Virus record (IMG/VR): IMGVR_UViG_3300038974_000227
Span: 1-27,639 of that record
Length of the DNA stretch: 27,639 bases
Source: a virus
Taxonomy: Duplodnaviria; Caudoviricetes
Strand: one strand, 5' to 3'
Part shown: piece by piece, positions 8,111 to 15,472 of the stretch
Numbering within the stretch: the first letter of the stretch is position 1
Layout: every line of letters starts with the position of its first letter
Notes under the pieces: generated by a model
The model's database searches: none
Told to the model about the DNA's origin: nothing
What the model saw: the letters and a program-made list of their open reading frames with translations, nothing else
Translations under genes and position numbers: made by a program

Positions 8111-8392
8111 TTACACTTCCAGTCTGTCCAAAATGCTGTTCAGCGTGTCCGAAATAATGGACAAAGTGTCGTTACTTTTCTGGATGTCTTCAGCAAGAGG
8201 GGTTGAGTACGAGACTCTTTCCGGGCGCGGTTTTTCTGTTTCACACGGACGCAAAACTTTTGACAGTCTGGCCTGTAAATTAAAAACAAGTTCTTTAACT
8301 GTTTCCGTTCTTTCATTGTTTTCTCCGATCCTCGACAATACTTCTGATTCTCTACAATTTCCCGTCATTATTTTTTCTCCTATTCCCGTCAT
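8111..8392 (-). CDS. hypothetical coiled-coil protein
   Basis: 93-aa ORF with AGGAGG RBS; two alternative starts from a 24-bp duplication. Confidence 0.7.
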   Translation of the reverse strand: MTGIGEKIMTGNCRESEVLSRIGENNERTETVKELVFNLQARLSKVLRPCETEKPRPERVSYSTPLAEDIQKSNDTLSIISDTLNSILDRLEV

Positions 8393-8406
8393 TATTTTTC
8401 CTCCTA
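8359..8406. repeat. 24-bp tandem duplication of RBS plus start codon
   Basis: TTCCCGTCATTATTTTTTCTCCTA / TTCCCGTCATTATTTTTCCTCCTA (1 mismatch). Confidence 0.9.
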
Positions 8407-8431
8407 AGTTTTATTTTCTTAATACTGGTTC

Positions 8432-8579
8432 TGGTGGCCGCAGCAGGATTTGATACCTGCATGATCGTCGGCAAGTAAGGAAGTGACGATCTCCTCGAAT
8501 TAGGCCATTCGGTTACTGATTTGTTCACCTGTGCCTCCTTACACTCCCGAAAGCGTCTCTACTCTTCCGCCACACGGCC
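8432..8579 (-). ncRNA. 148-nt tRNA-like RNA with expanded central domain and no canonical anticodon arm
   Basis: acceptor stem GGCCGTG/TGCGGCC + ACCA; D-arm-like TGGCGGAAGAGTAGAGACGC; T arm GCAGG-TATCAAAT-CCTGC; ~90 nt between D and T arms. Confidence 0.8.
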
Positions 8580-8782
8580 ATGTTTTAAAAGATCGCTTGC
8601 CCCAGGATCGCGGACTTGCCGCCGTGTTTCCCCTTCTGCTTTTGCTCTGGCCTTTTGTCGGGTGCGTAGCTTTAAGGCATCTGTCCTCTGCTCGTAAGTC
8701 AGAGCGTGCCGCCCGTTGCCATTGCTGCATGTGGGCTTTTGCTTTGTTGCTATATCGCTACCGCTTGCGCGGTGAGTGAACG

Positions 8783-9604
8783 TCAATAACCAATCAATTC
8801 ATTAATTTTATTGATTGTGTTTTTTTGTTTAGTGTAAAAGAAATCTTGTCCAGCCAGCGTATGCCTGACAACGGAAATTTTATTTCCAGTTATATGGTGC
8901 ATAAGACAGGTTAAAGCATTTTGAGAGACAATACTTCTTTCCGAACCACCAATTCTAACATTGTCAATTCGTCTCAACATATAATTTCTGAATGCTAAAA
9001 TAGGATTTCCAGCGGTAAGATTTTCACCGTTGAAATATTTTATCTCAAAGTCAATCACTTCATTGAAATAGCATTTCGCGGCGAAGGTAAAGGCGGATAG
9101 CGCGGGGGAATACATCAACGATCTAATTAAAGTTTTATTCTCAATAACCGCGTCGATTTCCTTTCTGTAAATATCCATGACTTTATTTACCAAACCAAAT
9201 GATGTTTTGCCGATATGCTTATTGCCGGTGCAAATTGTTATCAATCCACGCACTATTGCGGAACGTAAATTCCCGTTATCCACTCCGATAAGATGTAAAT
9301 TATCGCCAACGCCTCTTAACTTTCCCGTATCTACTGTTAATTGTGATTCAATGGGAAGCTCGGTGACAACGAGCATTTCGAGAGTAACGCCTGATTGAAT
9401 AATTGCCCAAAGCCGATGTTGTCCGTCAATCAATACGCCGTTTATATCAAAACCAATTCCCTGATTATTTGGTCTCCATAAACCAAGCCTCATATCCCTT
9501 GCGTAACAATCAACGGTTAATTGATATACCGGTCTATTGTGGGTATTAGAGGACAGCATTTTTTCTGCGATCTTCGGAGTTATAAGCATTGTTTTTATTT
9601 TCAT
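8783..9604 (-). CDS. ParB/Srx-like N-terminal domain protein
   Basis: ITPKIAEKML..NTHNR, LIDGQHRLWAI, VDTGKLR; ATG 9604 with GGGAGG RBS; AT-rich. Confidence 0.75.
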   Translation of the reverse strand: MKIKTMLITPKIAEKMLSSNTHNRPVYQLTVDCYARDMRLGLWRPNNQGIGFDINGVLIDGQHRLWAIIQSGVTLEMLVVTELPIESQLTVDTGKLRGVGDNLHLIGVDNGNLRSAIVRGLITICTGNKHIGKTSFGLVNKVMDIYRKEIDAVIENKTLIRSLMYSPALSAFTFAAKCYFNEVIDFEIKYFNGENLTAGNPILAFRNYMLRRIDNVRIGGSERSIVSQNALTCLMHHITGNKISVVRHTLAGQDFFYTKQKNTINKINELIGY

Positions 9605-9615
9605 ATTTTCCTCCC

Positions 9616-10128
9616 TTAATGATTTTTTGACCATTCGATAAATATTTGCTTGTCTTTTTTGGTTGCTTTTCTCCACCAGCGTTTAAGCTGAAAAACCGCG
9701 TCTGAATCTTCACAGGCCATTTCCTTTTCGCCGGTGACTTCTTTTACAACATTGGCAACGTGAGCCGCCGTGATCTTGCCTTCCGGCGCGGTTTCAACGG
9801 CTTTCTGCCATGCTTCGCGTTGCTGATCGGGTTCGAGGCGGGCAAGGGGACGGGTTTGATATTCGTTTGCTGGCCTTTGTAAGCAATCGCTTACATTTTC
9901 TATGACCCTTGCTGAATCAATAAACTGATAAGCTGTCTGCCGCGTAAACGACCATCTTGCTTTACAATAAGCCTCAAAGGTATCAAATCCCAGAACGTCC
10001 CGATAAAGACCCTTATCCCTGATTTCCATCAGCGCCCGGCCTACTTCATAAAATGCGCCGATGTTCTTCTTGATGACGTTTTCAAGCTGTTCAAGCTCCA
10101 CTGAATTTTTTTTGATTGCTAATTCCAT
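9616..10128 (-). CDS. hypothetical DNA-binding phage protein
   Basis: FYEVGRALMEIRDKGLYR...TFEAYCKARW...NEYQTRPL...GKITAAHV pattern seen in phage HTH-like proteins. Confidence 0.65.
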   Translation of the reverse strand: MELAIKKNSVELEQLENVIKKNIGAFYEVGRALMEIRDKGLYRDVLGFDTFEAYCKARWSFTRQTAYQFIDSARVIENVSDCLQRPANEYQTRPLARLEPDQQREAWQKAVETAPEGKITAAHVANVVKEVTGEKEMACEDSDAVFQLKRWWRKATKKDKQIFIEWSKNH

Positions 10129-10221
10129 TTTCCAACCTCTATTTGTGTGTCGATGATTATCTCGTTCATTAATTCACCCCCTGATGTTTTGTCCGTGTGG
10201 GCTTTTGTTCTGTTGTGAGTG

Positions 10222-10249
10222 ATTATACACTTTTGATATTACCTGTCAA
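10222..10249 (-). promoter_or_regulatory. leftward sigma70 promoter
   Basis: TTGACA (10249-10244), 16 bp, TATAAT (10227-10222). Confidence 0.8.
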
Positions 10250-10272
10250 GCTTTTTTTTAATAATTTTTTTC

Positions 10273-10301
10273 TTGACACAAAATATAATGTAATGTAAGA
10301 T
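10273..10301 (+). promoter_or_regulatory. rightward sigma70 promoter
   Basis: TTGACA (10273-10278), 17 bp, TAAGAT (10296-10301). Confidence 0.75.
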
Positions 10302-10308
10302 GTTATCC

Positions 10309-10497
10309 ATGATTGATACAACTCTTATAGAAACAAGACGGAAAAAACTAAAAATATCTAAATATAAAATGGCTGATAAGCTGAATATGAGTCGGCAGAC
10401 ATATTACAGTATCCTTAAAAATAAATCAACAACATTAAATACTTTGGAGAAAATAGCTGATGTTCTCGGCCTTAAATCAAAGGATTTAATAATTTAG
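10309..10497 (+). CDS. Cro/XRE-family HTH regulator, probably leaderless
   Basis: RKKLKISKYKMADKLNMSRQTYYSIL...TLNTLEKIADVLG; ATG 10309 coincides with predicted transcription start. Confidence 0.88.
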   Translation: MIDTTLIETRRKKLKISKYKMADKLNMSRQTYYSILKNKSTTLNTLEKIADVLGLKSKDLII

Positions 10498-10556
10498 CGC
10501 AAGGAAGCTGATTGATAATTAAGCAACAAAAATACAAACGTAGTAACCGGAGCGCA

Positions 10557-10745
10557 ATGAGTAACGATTCTACCAGCCATTCTAAACAAAAACAAGACTA
10601 CCGCAAAGACGGCCTCTGCACGGCGAACAAATATCAAGAGAAGGACTGCAAGCATTTTAAGCCCTACGAAAGTTTTGTCTGCCGCTATCCGAATATTTGC
10701 AAGTTTCAAGGGGAAAAGACTGTGTGTAATTGGGTGAAGGAATGA
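10557..10745 (+). CDS. small Cys-rich hypothetical protein
   Basis: GGAG RBS, five Cys, ATGA overlap with the methyltransferase. Confidence 0.5.
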   Translation: MSNDSTSHSKQKQDYRKDGLCTANKYQEKDCKHFKPYESFVCRYPNICKFQGEKTVCNWVKE

Positions 10746-11716
10746 AAGTTAATATTCTGCATGGTGATTGGATAGAACAATTAAAGACGCTGGAAGCTGA
10801 GTCTGTCCAATGCTGTGTTACGTCTCCGCCATATTGGGGTTTGAGGGATTACGGCGTTTCCGGTCAACTAGGTTTAGAGAAAACCCCCGAAGAATACGTT
10901 GAAAAAATGGTTGCCGGTTTCCGTGAAGTAAAAAGAGTTTTGCGGAATGACGGGACGCTGTGGGTTAATTTGGGGGATAGTTATAACGGCTCTGGTGGAG
11001 CTGGTGGCGATTATATAGAGGGTGGTTTGAAGGAAGGTCAGCCAAAATATCCAGGCCGCCACATAAATAATCTAAAGCCAAAAGACCTCATCGGCATCCC
11101 CTGGCGCGTGGCGTTCGCATTACAGGCTGACGGTTGGTATCTTCGCCAAGATATTATTTGGGCGAAACCTAATCCCATGCCGGAATCAGTTACAGACCGC
11201 TGCACAAAATCCCATGAGTATATTTTTCTCCTGAGTAAATCGGCAAGGTATTTTTATGATGCAGACGCGATCAAGGAAAGACAAGCGGAATCATCAGCCG
11301 AACGTGCTTTGTATGGATGGAATGGAAGAAATGATGACGGAAGTAATGGAGCAAGAACCGGCGCGGGGATCCGCAAGATGAAAGAAAGTGGAATGAGTAT
11401 GGGTGAAGCCGGACTAATTCCCCTTGATGGAATGAGAAATAAAAGATCCGTATGGTTAATAACAACCAAGCCTTACAAAGAAGCCCACTTTGCCACATTC
11501 CCTCAAGAAATCCCCAGAACCTGTATTTTAGCCGGAAGCAAAAAAGGCGACACTATCCTTGACCCGTTCTGTGGAAGTGGAACCACGGGCGAAGTAGCCT
11601 TGAAACTAGACCGTAATTTCATCGGCATTGAACTTAATGAAAAATATGTGACGGATTTAATTATCCCACGACTGGATAATGTTGACCCGTTGTTCAGGAT
11701 GGAGGCAAGCGAATGA
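10742..11716 (+). CDS. N4-cytosine/N6-adenine DNA methyltransferase (beta class)
   Basis: VTSPPYWGLRDY motif IV before ILDPFCGSGTT motif I; HFATFP; GIELN. Confidence 0.95.
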   Translation: MKVNILHGDWIEQLKTLEAESVQCCVTSPPYWGLRDYGVSGQLGLEKTPEEYVEKMVAGFREVKRVLRNDGTLWVNLGDSYNGSGGAGGDYIEGGLKEGQPKYPGRHINNLKPKDLIGIPWRVAFALQADGWYLRQDIIWAKPNPMPESVTDRCTKSHEYIFLLSKSARYFYDADAIKERQAESSAERALYGWNGRNDDGSNGARTGAGIRKMKESGMSMGEAGLIPLDGMRNKRSVWLITTKPYKEAHFATFPQEIPRTCILAGSKKGDTILDPFCGSGTTGEVALKLDRNFIGIELNEKYVTDLIIPRLDNVDPLFRMEASE

Positions 11717-11976
11717 TCATTATTTTCTTTTTATTGTGGTCAATTTTTTGTGTGTGGGCCGGATACAGAACTTGCAGAGATATTAAGCTGTCAAATGTCC
11801 GGATAGCTATCAACGGCCTGTCTTTCAAGCAAGCCGCTAAATGGATTTTTATTCATGAACAGAGACGACACAAGGCCGATATTGACGGAATCAAAAAAGA
11901 CTTGTCGGCGCTGAAAGATATTGAACTTCCGGAAGAGGTTTTGGAATTGGCCGGCAAGATCCGGTTTGAGGTTTAA
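11713..11976 (+). CDS. hypothetical protein with N-terminal transmembrane segment
   Basis: GGAGG RBS, ATGA overlap, hydrophobic N-terminus. Confidence 0.65.
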   Translation: MIIIFFLLWSIFCVWAGYRTCRDIKLSNVRIAINGLSFKQAAKWIFIHEQRRHKADIDGIKKDLSALKDIELPEEVLELAGKIRFEV

Positions 11977-11978
11977 AA

Positions 11979-12173
11979 ATGCCAAACATAGAAAGATATA
12001 TTTTACTGACTCACAATTTAAGAAATTACGAATACCACAATTGCGAATCATGCGACGCAAAGGCTATCAGAAAGGCCATAAATGACCTTGAGAGAGACTT
12101 AGGCATGATGCGCGGTGGATTGGTCAAGTATTTCCGAAATAACCCCGATAATGTGATTTTGAGGATTAAATGA
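11979..12173 (+). CDS. hypothetical protein
   Basis: GAGG RBS, operon spacing, CESC motif. Confidence 0.55.
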   Translation: MPNIERYILLTHNLRNYEYHNCESCDAKAIRKAINDLERDLGMMRGGLVKYFRNNPDNVILRIK

Positions 12174-12265
12174 AAGTGTCCGACAAATATCTTAGAGACC
12201 TTTTACGCAAAGAAAAGCTCATGGCGGAGTTGACGCGGTTAGGGGTACGGGGGTGGCGCCCTTGA
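12170..12265 (+). CDS. 31-aa hypothetical peptide (not in ORF track)
   Basis: GAGGA RBS; ATGA overlap upstream and TTGA overlap with C5-MTase start; MKVSDKYLRDLLRKEKLMAELTRLGVRGWRP. Confidence 0.45.
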   Translation: MKVSDKYLRDLLRKEKLMAELTRLGVRGWRP

Positions 12266-13245
12266 AAGTCGGTTCTTTATTTACCGGCATCGGCGGCTTT
12301 GATTTAGGTTTTGAACGTGCCGGAATGGAAATAGCGTGGCAGGTTGAAATAGATGAATTTTGCAACAAGGTTTTAGCCAAACATTGGCCGAATGTAAAAA
12401 GGTTTAAAGATGTCAAAACAGTTAGCGGAAAAGAACTTGAACCAGTCGACCTTCTTTGCGGAGGGGTACCTTGCCAGCCGGCCAGTTGCGCCGGGAAGCG
12501 TCGAGGCACAAAAGATGACCGTTGGCTCTGGAAAGAGCCTTTTAGAATCATTGCCGAACTCGACCCGAAACCAAAGTGGTGCGTCTTTGAGAATGTTAGA
12601 GGATTGCTTACTCTTGAAAACGGATTGGTATTCGACAATCTGCTTTCTGAATTGGAAAATCTTGGCTACGAAACAAGGACGTTTTGTCTTCCAGCTTGCG
12701 CCGTCAATGCCCCGCACAGAAGGGATAGAGTCTGGATTGTTGCGAACTCCAGATGCGAACATGGAGAGAGGGCAGCGGTCAGAGGAGAACCTAATAGACC
12801 GTTATCATGTGAGGAAAGCGCCTCTTTGCTTAAACGACCAATTAGCAATGATGGACAAGGGATTGCTCCCGACACCGGAAGGAACATCAGCGGGGCCGGA
12901 TTATTCGAAACTGGAACGGAGCAAAACGGGAATAAGCCTTCAAACAGCGGTGGGGATGTGTCCGACTGCCCGTTCATCGGATTACAAGGGCGCATCAAAA
13001 CAGTACGAGAAGAAGGGCAGAAATCCCATGACGAACAGTTGCATGGATGCCGTGGAGAATGGTCTGAACCGTGGCTTGAAGTTGCAACCCGCCTTTGTGG
13101 AATACCTCATGGGGTATCCGAAGAATTATACAAACTTGAAACTTCCGACAGAGTGGCAAGGCTAAAGGCACTAGGAAACGCAATAGTGCCACAAATACCA
13201 GAGATTTTAGGCAGGGCGATTATGGGGATAGACCATGAGACTTAA
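12262..13245 (+). CDS. C5-cytosine DNA methyltransferase, catalytic (alpha) chain lacking motif IX
   Basis: motif I LFTGIGG, IV GGVPCQ, VI ENV, VIII APHRRDRVW, X RLKALGNAIVP; start TTG 12262 or GTG 12253. Confidence 0.92.
   Translation: MKVGSLFTGIGGFDLGFERAGMEIAWQVEIDEFCNKVLAKHWPNVKRFKDVKTVSGKELEPVDLLCGGVPCQPASCAGKRRGTKDDRWLWKEPFRIIAELDPKPKWCVFENVRGLLTLENGLVFDNLLSELENLGYETRTFCLPACAVNAPHRRDRVWIVANSRCEHGERAAVRGEPNRPLSCEESASLLKRPISNDGQGIAPDTGRNISGAGLFETGTEQNGNKPSNSGGDVSDCPFIGLQGRIKTVREEGQKSHDEQLHGCRGEWSEPWLEVATRLCGIPHGVSEELYKLETSDRVARLKALGNAIVPQIPEILGRAIMGIDHET
12410..13165 (+). CDS. C5-methyltransferase beta chain in overlapping +1 frame (TRD repeats + motif IX)
   Basis: LLRTPDA / LLPTP / MCPTARSSDYKG repeats and LQPAFVEYLMGYPKNYT (motif IX); 251 codons open inside another gene. 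Confidence 0.8.
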   Translation: MSKQLAEKNLNQSTFFAEGYLASRPVAPGSVEAQKMTVGSGKSLLESLPNSTRNQSGASLRMLEDCLLLKTDWYSTICFLNWKILATKQGRFVFQLAPSMPRTEGIESGLLRTPDANMERGQRSEENLIDRYHVRKAPLCLNDQLAMMDKGLLPTPEGTSAGPDYSKLERSKTGISLQTAVGMCPTARSSDYKGASKQYEKKGRNPMTNSCMDAVENGLNRGLKLQPAFVEYLMGYPKNYTNLKLPTEWQG

Positions 13246-13606
13246 CAATATGGCAGAGTACGAAGCGTTAAAAAGAGGAATGTCCGTTAAAGGATTGCCA
13301 TTCTCGAATAAAGAAAATAAATTCCACGCCGTTATTTGTGAAGCGGACAATATCAAATTCAGATCGAAGAAGGAACGGGCCAGATATTTGGAATTAAAAG
13401 CCCTGCAATCGGCCGGCCAGTGTTGGTTTTTAATGCAGGTTCCTTTTCGACTCCCGGGAAACACAAAATACGTTCTTGATTTTCTTATCTTCTGGAAGAA
13501 CGGGACTTATACTTTCGAGGACACAAAAGGAAAAAGAACACCTATGTTTATTATGAAGAAAAAACAGGTTGAAGCTATTTATCCTGTGAAAATTATTGAG
13601 GGATGA
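13235..13606 (+). CDS. DUF1064-like PD-(D/E)xK nuclease
   Basis: NKFHA...FRSKKERARY..L...QVPF...YVLDF...EDTKG..TP.F..KKK. Confidence 0.85.
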   Translation: MRLNNMAEYEALKRGMSVKGLPFSNKENKFHAVICEADNIKFRSKKERARYLELKALQSAGQCWFLMQVPFRLPGNTKYVLDFLIFWKNGTYTFEDTKGKRTPMFIMKKKQVEAIYPVKIIEG

Positions 13607-13740
13607 TGGAAAAACTATTTCCGACAATTTTAATTATTTTAGATGTTTTAGCCGCTGGAATGTATGTTTCGTCCGGTGATTGGCGACATATTATTTACTG
13701 GCTGGCGGCGGCAGTTTTAACTTTTACAGTAACTTTTTAA
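13603..13740 (+). CDS. 45-aa two-helix membrane protein (not in ORF track)
   Basis: MMEKLFPTILIILDVLAAGMYVSSGDWRHIIYWLAAAVLTFTVTF; GAGGG RBS; ATGA overlap. Confidence 0.7.
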   Translation: MMEKLFPTILIILDVLAAGMYVSSGDWRHIIYWLAAAVLTFTVTF

Positions 13741-13750
13741 GGGGTTTTAG

Positions 13751-14092
13751 ATGCACTGTCCACACTGTAACGGAAATATTATAGGAAATTCCTGCCTCCA
13801 ATGCGGCCGGTCGGCAGTGAAGATTGCGCCCTACACAAAAAGATCATGCGAACACGTCTATGGAGGAAAAAAATACAAAAGCACATCACGCGCCCCTTAC
13901 GGGACATGCAAAAACTGTGAGCGTCCAGACAAATATTTAACGCGTGGGTTATGCGGCGCGTGTTACTCGCAGGTGCACAGCAATCGGTACGGTAAAGAGG
14001 TAAATATCCCCAGGGATAGCAAAAAATATTTTGATGTTTTAAAGGCCTACCGGGAAAAGCGTTGGCCGGAAAAATTCAGGAAGGTGGCATGA
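13751..14092 (+). CDS. Zn-finger protein
   Basis: CPHC, CLQC, CKNC, CGAC. Confidence 0.7.
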   Translation: MHCPHCNGNIIGNSCLQCGRSAVKIAPYTKRSCEHVYGGKKYKSTSRAPYGTCKNCERPDKYLTRGLCGACYSQVHSNRYGKEVNIPRDSKKYFDVLKAYREKRWPEKFRKVA

Positions 14093-14096
14093 AATT

Positions 14097-14849
14097 ATGG
14101 CTAGAATTAGATCATTAAAGCCTGATTTTTTTAAAGATGAAGATTTAGCGGTTTTGCCGTTTGAGGCACGATTATTATTTGAGGGGTTATGGTGTTATGC
14201 TGACAAAGAAGGGCGGCTCGAAGATCGCCCAAAATATCTCAAAGCTGAAATTTTCCCTTATGATAAAATAGACATCGAAAAACTTCTAAATCTATTATCA
14301 TCGCCACAAATTCCTGAAAGACCCCAAAAAGTATTTATTCGTCGTTATACTGTAAATTGTCGTAACTATATTGATATTCCTGAATTTTTAAAACATCAAT
14401 CCCCTCATAATACAGAGAAAGACAGTGTATTACCACCTTTTAACGGTGTGTTAACGGTTAATAACACGTTAATAAATAACGACACGCAGTCGAGCGGGGA
14501 ATCTGACCCTATATCTTTATCTGAATCTAAATCTTTATTAAAAAATAAGTTTGAGATATTTTATAAATCCTACCCAAAAAAGAAAGCAAAAATTGAAGCC
14601 GAAAAAGCCTTCTCTAAACTCAATCCAGACGACACGCTTCTCAACGCCATGTTATCGGCCATTGACAAAGCCAAGAAATCTGAAGATTGGATGAAAGACA
14701 AAGGCCGTTATATCCCATATCCCGCAACATGGATAAATGCCAAACGCTGGCTCGATGAAGAGACAGAATCGCACCCACTTGCCGGGACTATCAGCGATAA
14801 GACGATTCGGACAGTTGAAATGCTTGAAGATTGGAGGCCACCAGCGTGA
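14097..14849 (+). CDS. phage replication initiation protein
   Basis: N-terminal MARIRSLKPDFF...ADKEGR; C-terminal FYKSYPKK...AEKAF...YIPYPATWIN..RWLDE. Confidence 0.85.
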   Translation: MARIRSLKPDFFKDEDLAVLPFEARLLFEGLWCYADKEGRLEDRPKYLKAEIFPYDKIDIEKLLNLLSSPQIPERPQKVFIRRYTVNCRNYIDIPEFLKHQSPHNTEKDSVLPPFNGVLTVNNTLINNDTQSSGESDPISLSESKSLLKNKFEIFYKSYPKKKAKIEAEKAFSKLNPDDTLLNAMLSAIDKAKKSEDWMKDKGRYIPYPATWINAKRWLDEETESHPLAGTISDKTIRTVEMLEDWRPPA

Positions 14850-15385
14850 AGAACGAAGTGAAATTTAAAGAGTATATGGCGACGCTTTGCGAACTTTATG
14901 ATCGGCAAATTTCAAAATTGTTGACAGATTTATACTGGAAGATACTTAAACCATTTACCGACGAACAATGTGAAGAAGCTTTCAAGGAAATTATTTATTC
15001 ATGCAGATTTTTCCCGAAGCCTGCCGATCTTAGAGAGGCTATTATTGGGAAAAAAGCAAATGTTGCCACCGAAGCATGGATTGAAGTTTTAAATTCAGTG
15101 GCGCGAATAGGGAATTACCAAAGCGTTAAATTTAGCGATCCAATAATTCATTCGGTGATTAACGCAATGGGTGGCTGGACTCAACTTTGCCAGATGGAAG
15201 CAAAAGAGGAAAAATGGAAACAGAAAGAATTTGAAAGGCTTTATGAAGTGATTTCAGCGCGGGAAGGAAAGCACCCTGATTATTTACCAGGGACCCATGA
15301 AATGGAAAACAACCGCATGGGGCACGATTACGAAAGCGCTATTGTGCAAATTGGATTTAATAAAAAGATTAAATATTTGCAATAA
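14846..15385 (+). CDS. DUF6475-like replication partner (helicase loader/inhibitor-like N-terminus)
   Basis: FFPKPADL, EAW..V...GNYQSVKFSDPIIHSVINAMGGW...KEFERLY; GTG 14846 with GGAGG RBS overlapping initiator stop. Confidence 0.75.
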   Translation: MKNEVKFKEYMATLCELYDRQISKLLTDLYWKILKPFTDEQCEEAFKEIIYSCRFFPKPADLREAIIGKKANVATEAWIEVLNSVARIGNYQSVKFSDPIIHSVINAMGGWTQLCQMEAKEEKWKQKEFERLYEVISAREGKHPDYLPGTHEMENNRMGHDYESAIVQIGFNKKIKYLQ

Positions 15386-15472
15386 TTAATGGGGTGACAG
15401 CGCCATAAACCAATAACGCTGCATTGGGGTAGAGTTTGAGGGGCGCGTCACACCCGCCAGAAAAGGAGGATT

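Noticed and set aside
8352-8528. 58-codon GTG ORF starting inside the tRNA-like RNA, as a CDS call
   Set aside because: Has a perfect SD but crosses the T arm and overlaps another gene out of frame; no protein-level support, kept only as part of a finding.
8432-8579. Canonical tRNA-Leu/Ser, tmRNA or intron-containing tRNA
   Set aside because: No 5-bp/7-nt anticodon arm at the expected place; insert far too short for tmRNA or a group I intron.
8531-8786. Short ORFs on both strands in the ORF track
   Set aside because: No RBS, low-complexity Arg/Ala-rich translations, region better explained as structured RNA.
10742-13245. Restriction-modification system
   Set aside because: No cognate restriction endonuclease evident; orphan methyltransferases are usual in phage early regions.
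13603-13740. Holin
   Set aside because: Two hydrophobic helices fit, but there is no adjacent endolysin and it lies in the replication region.
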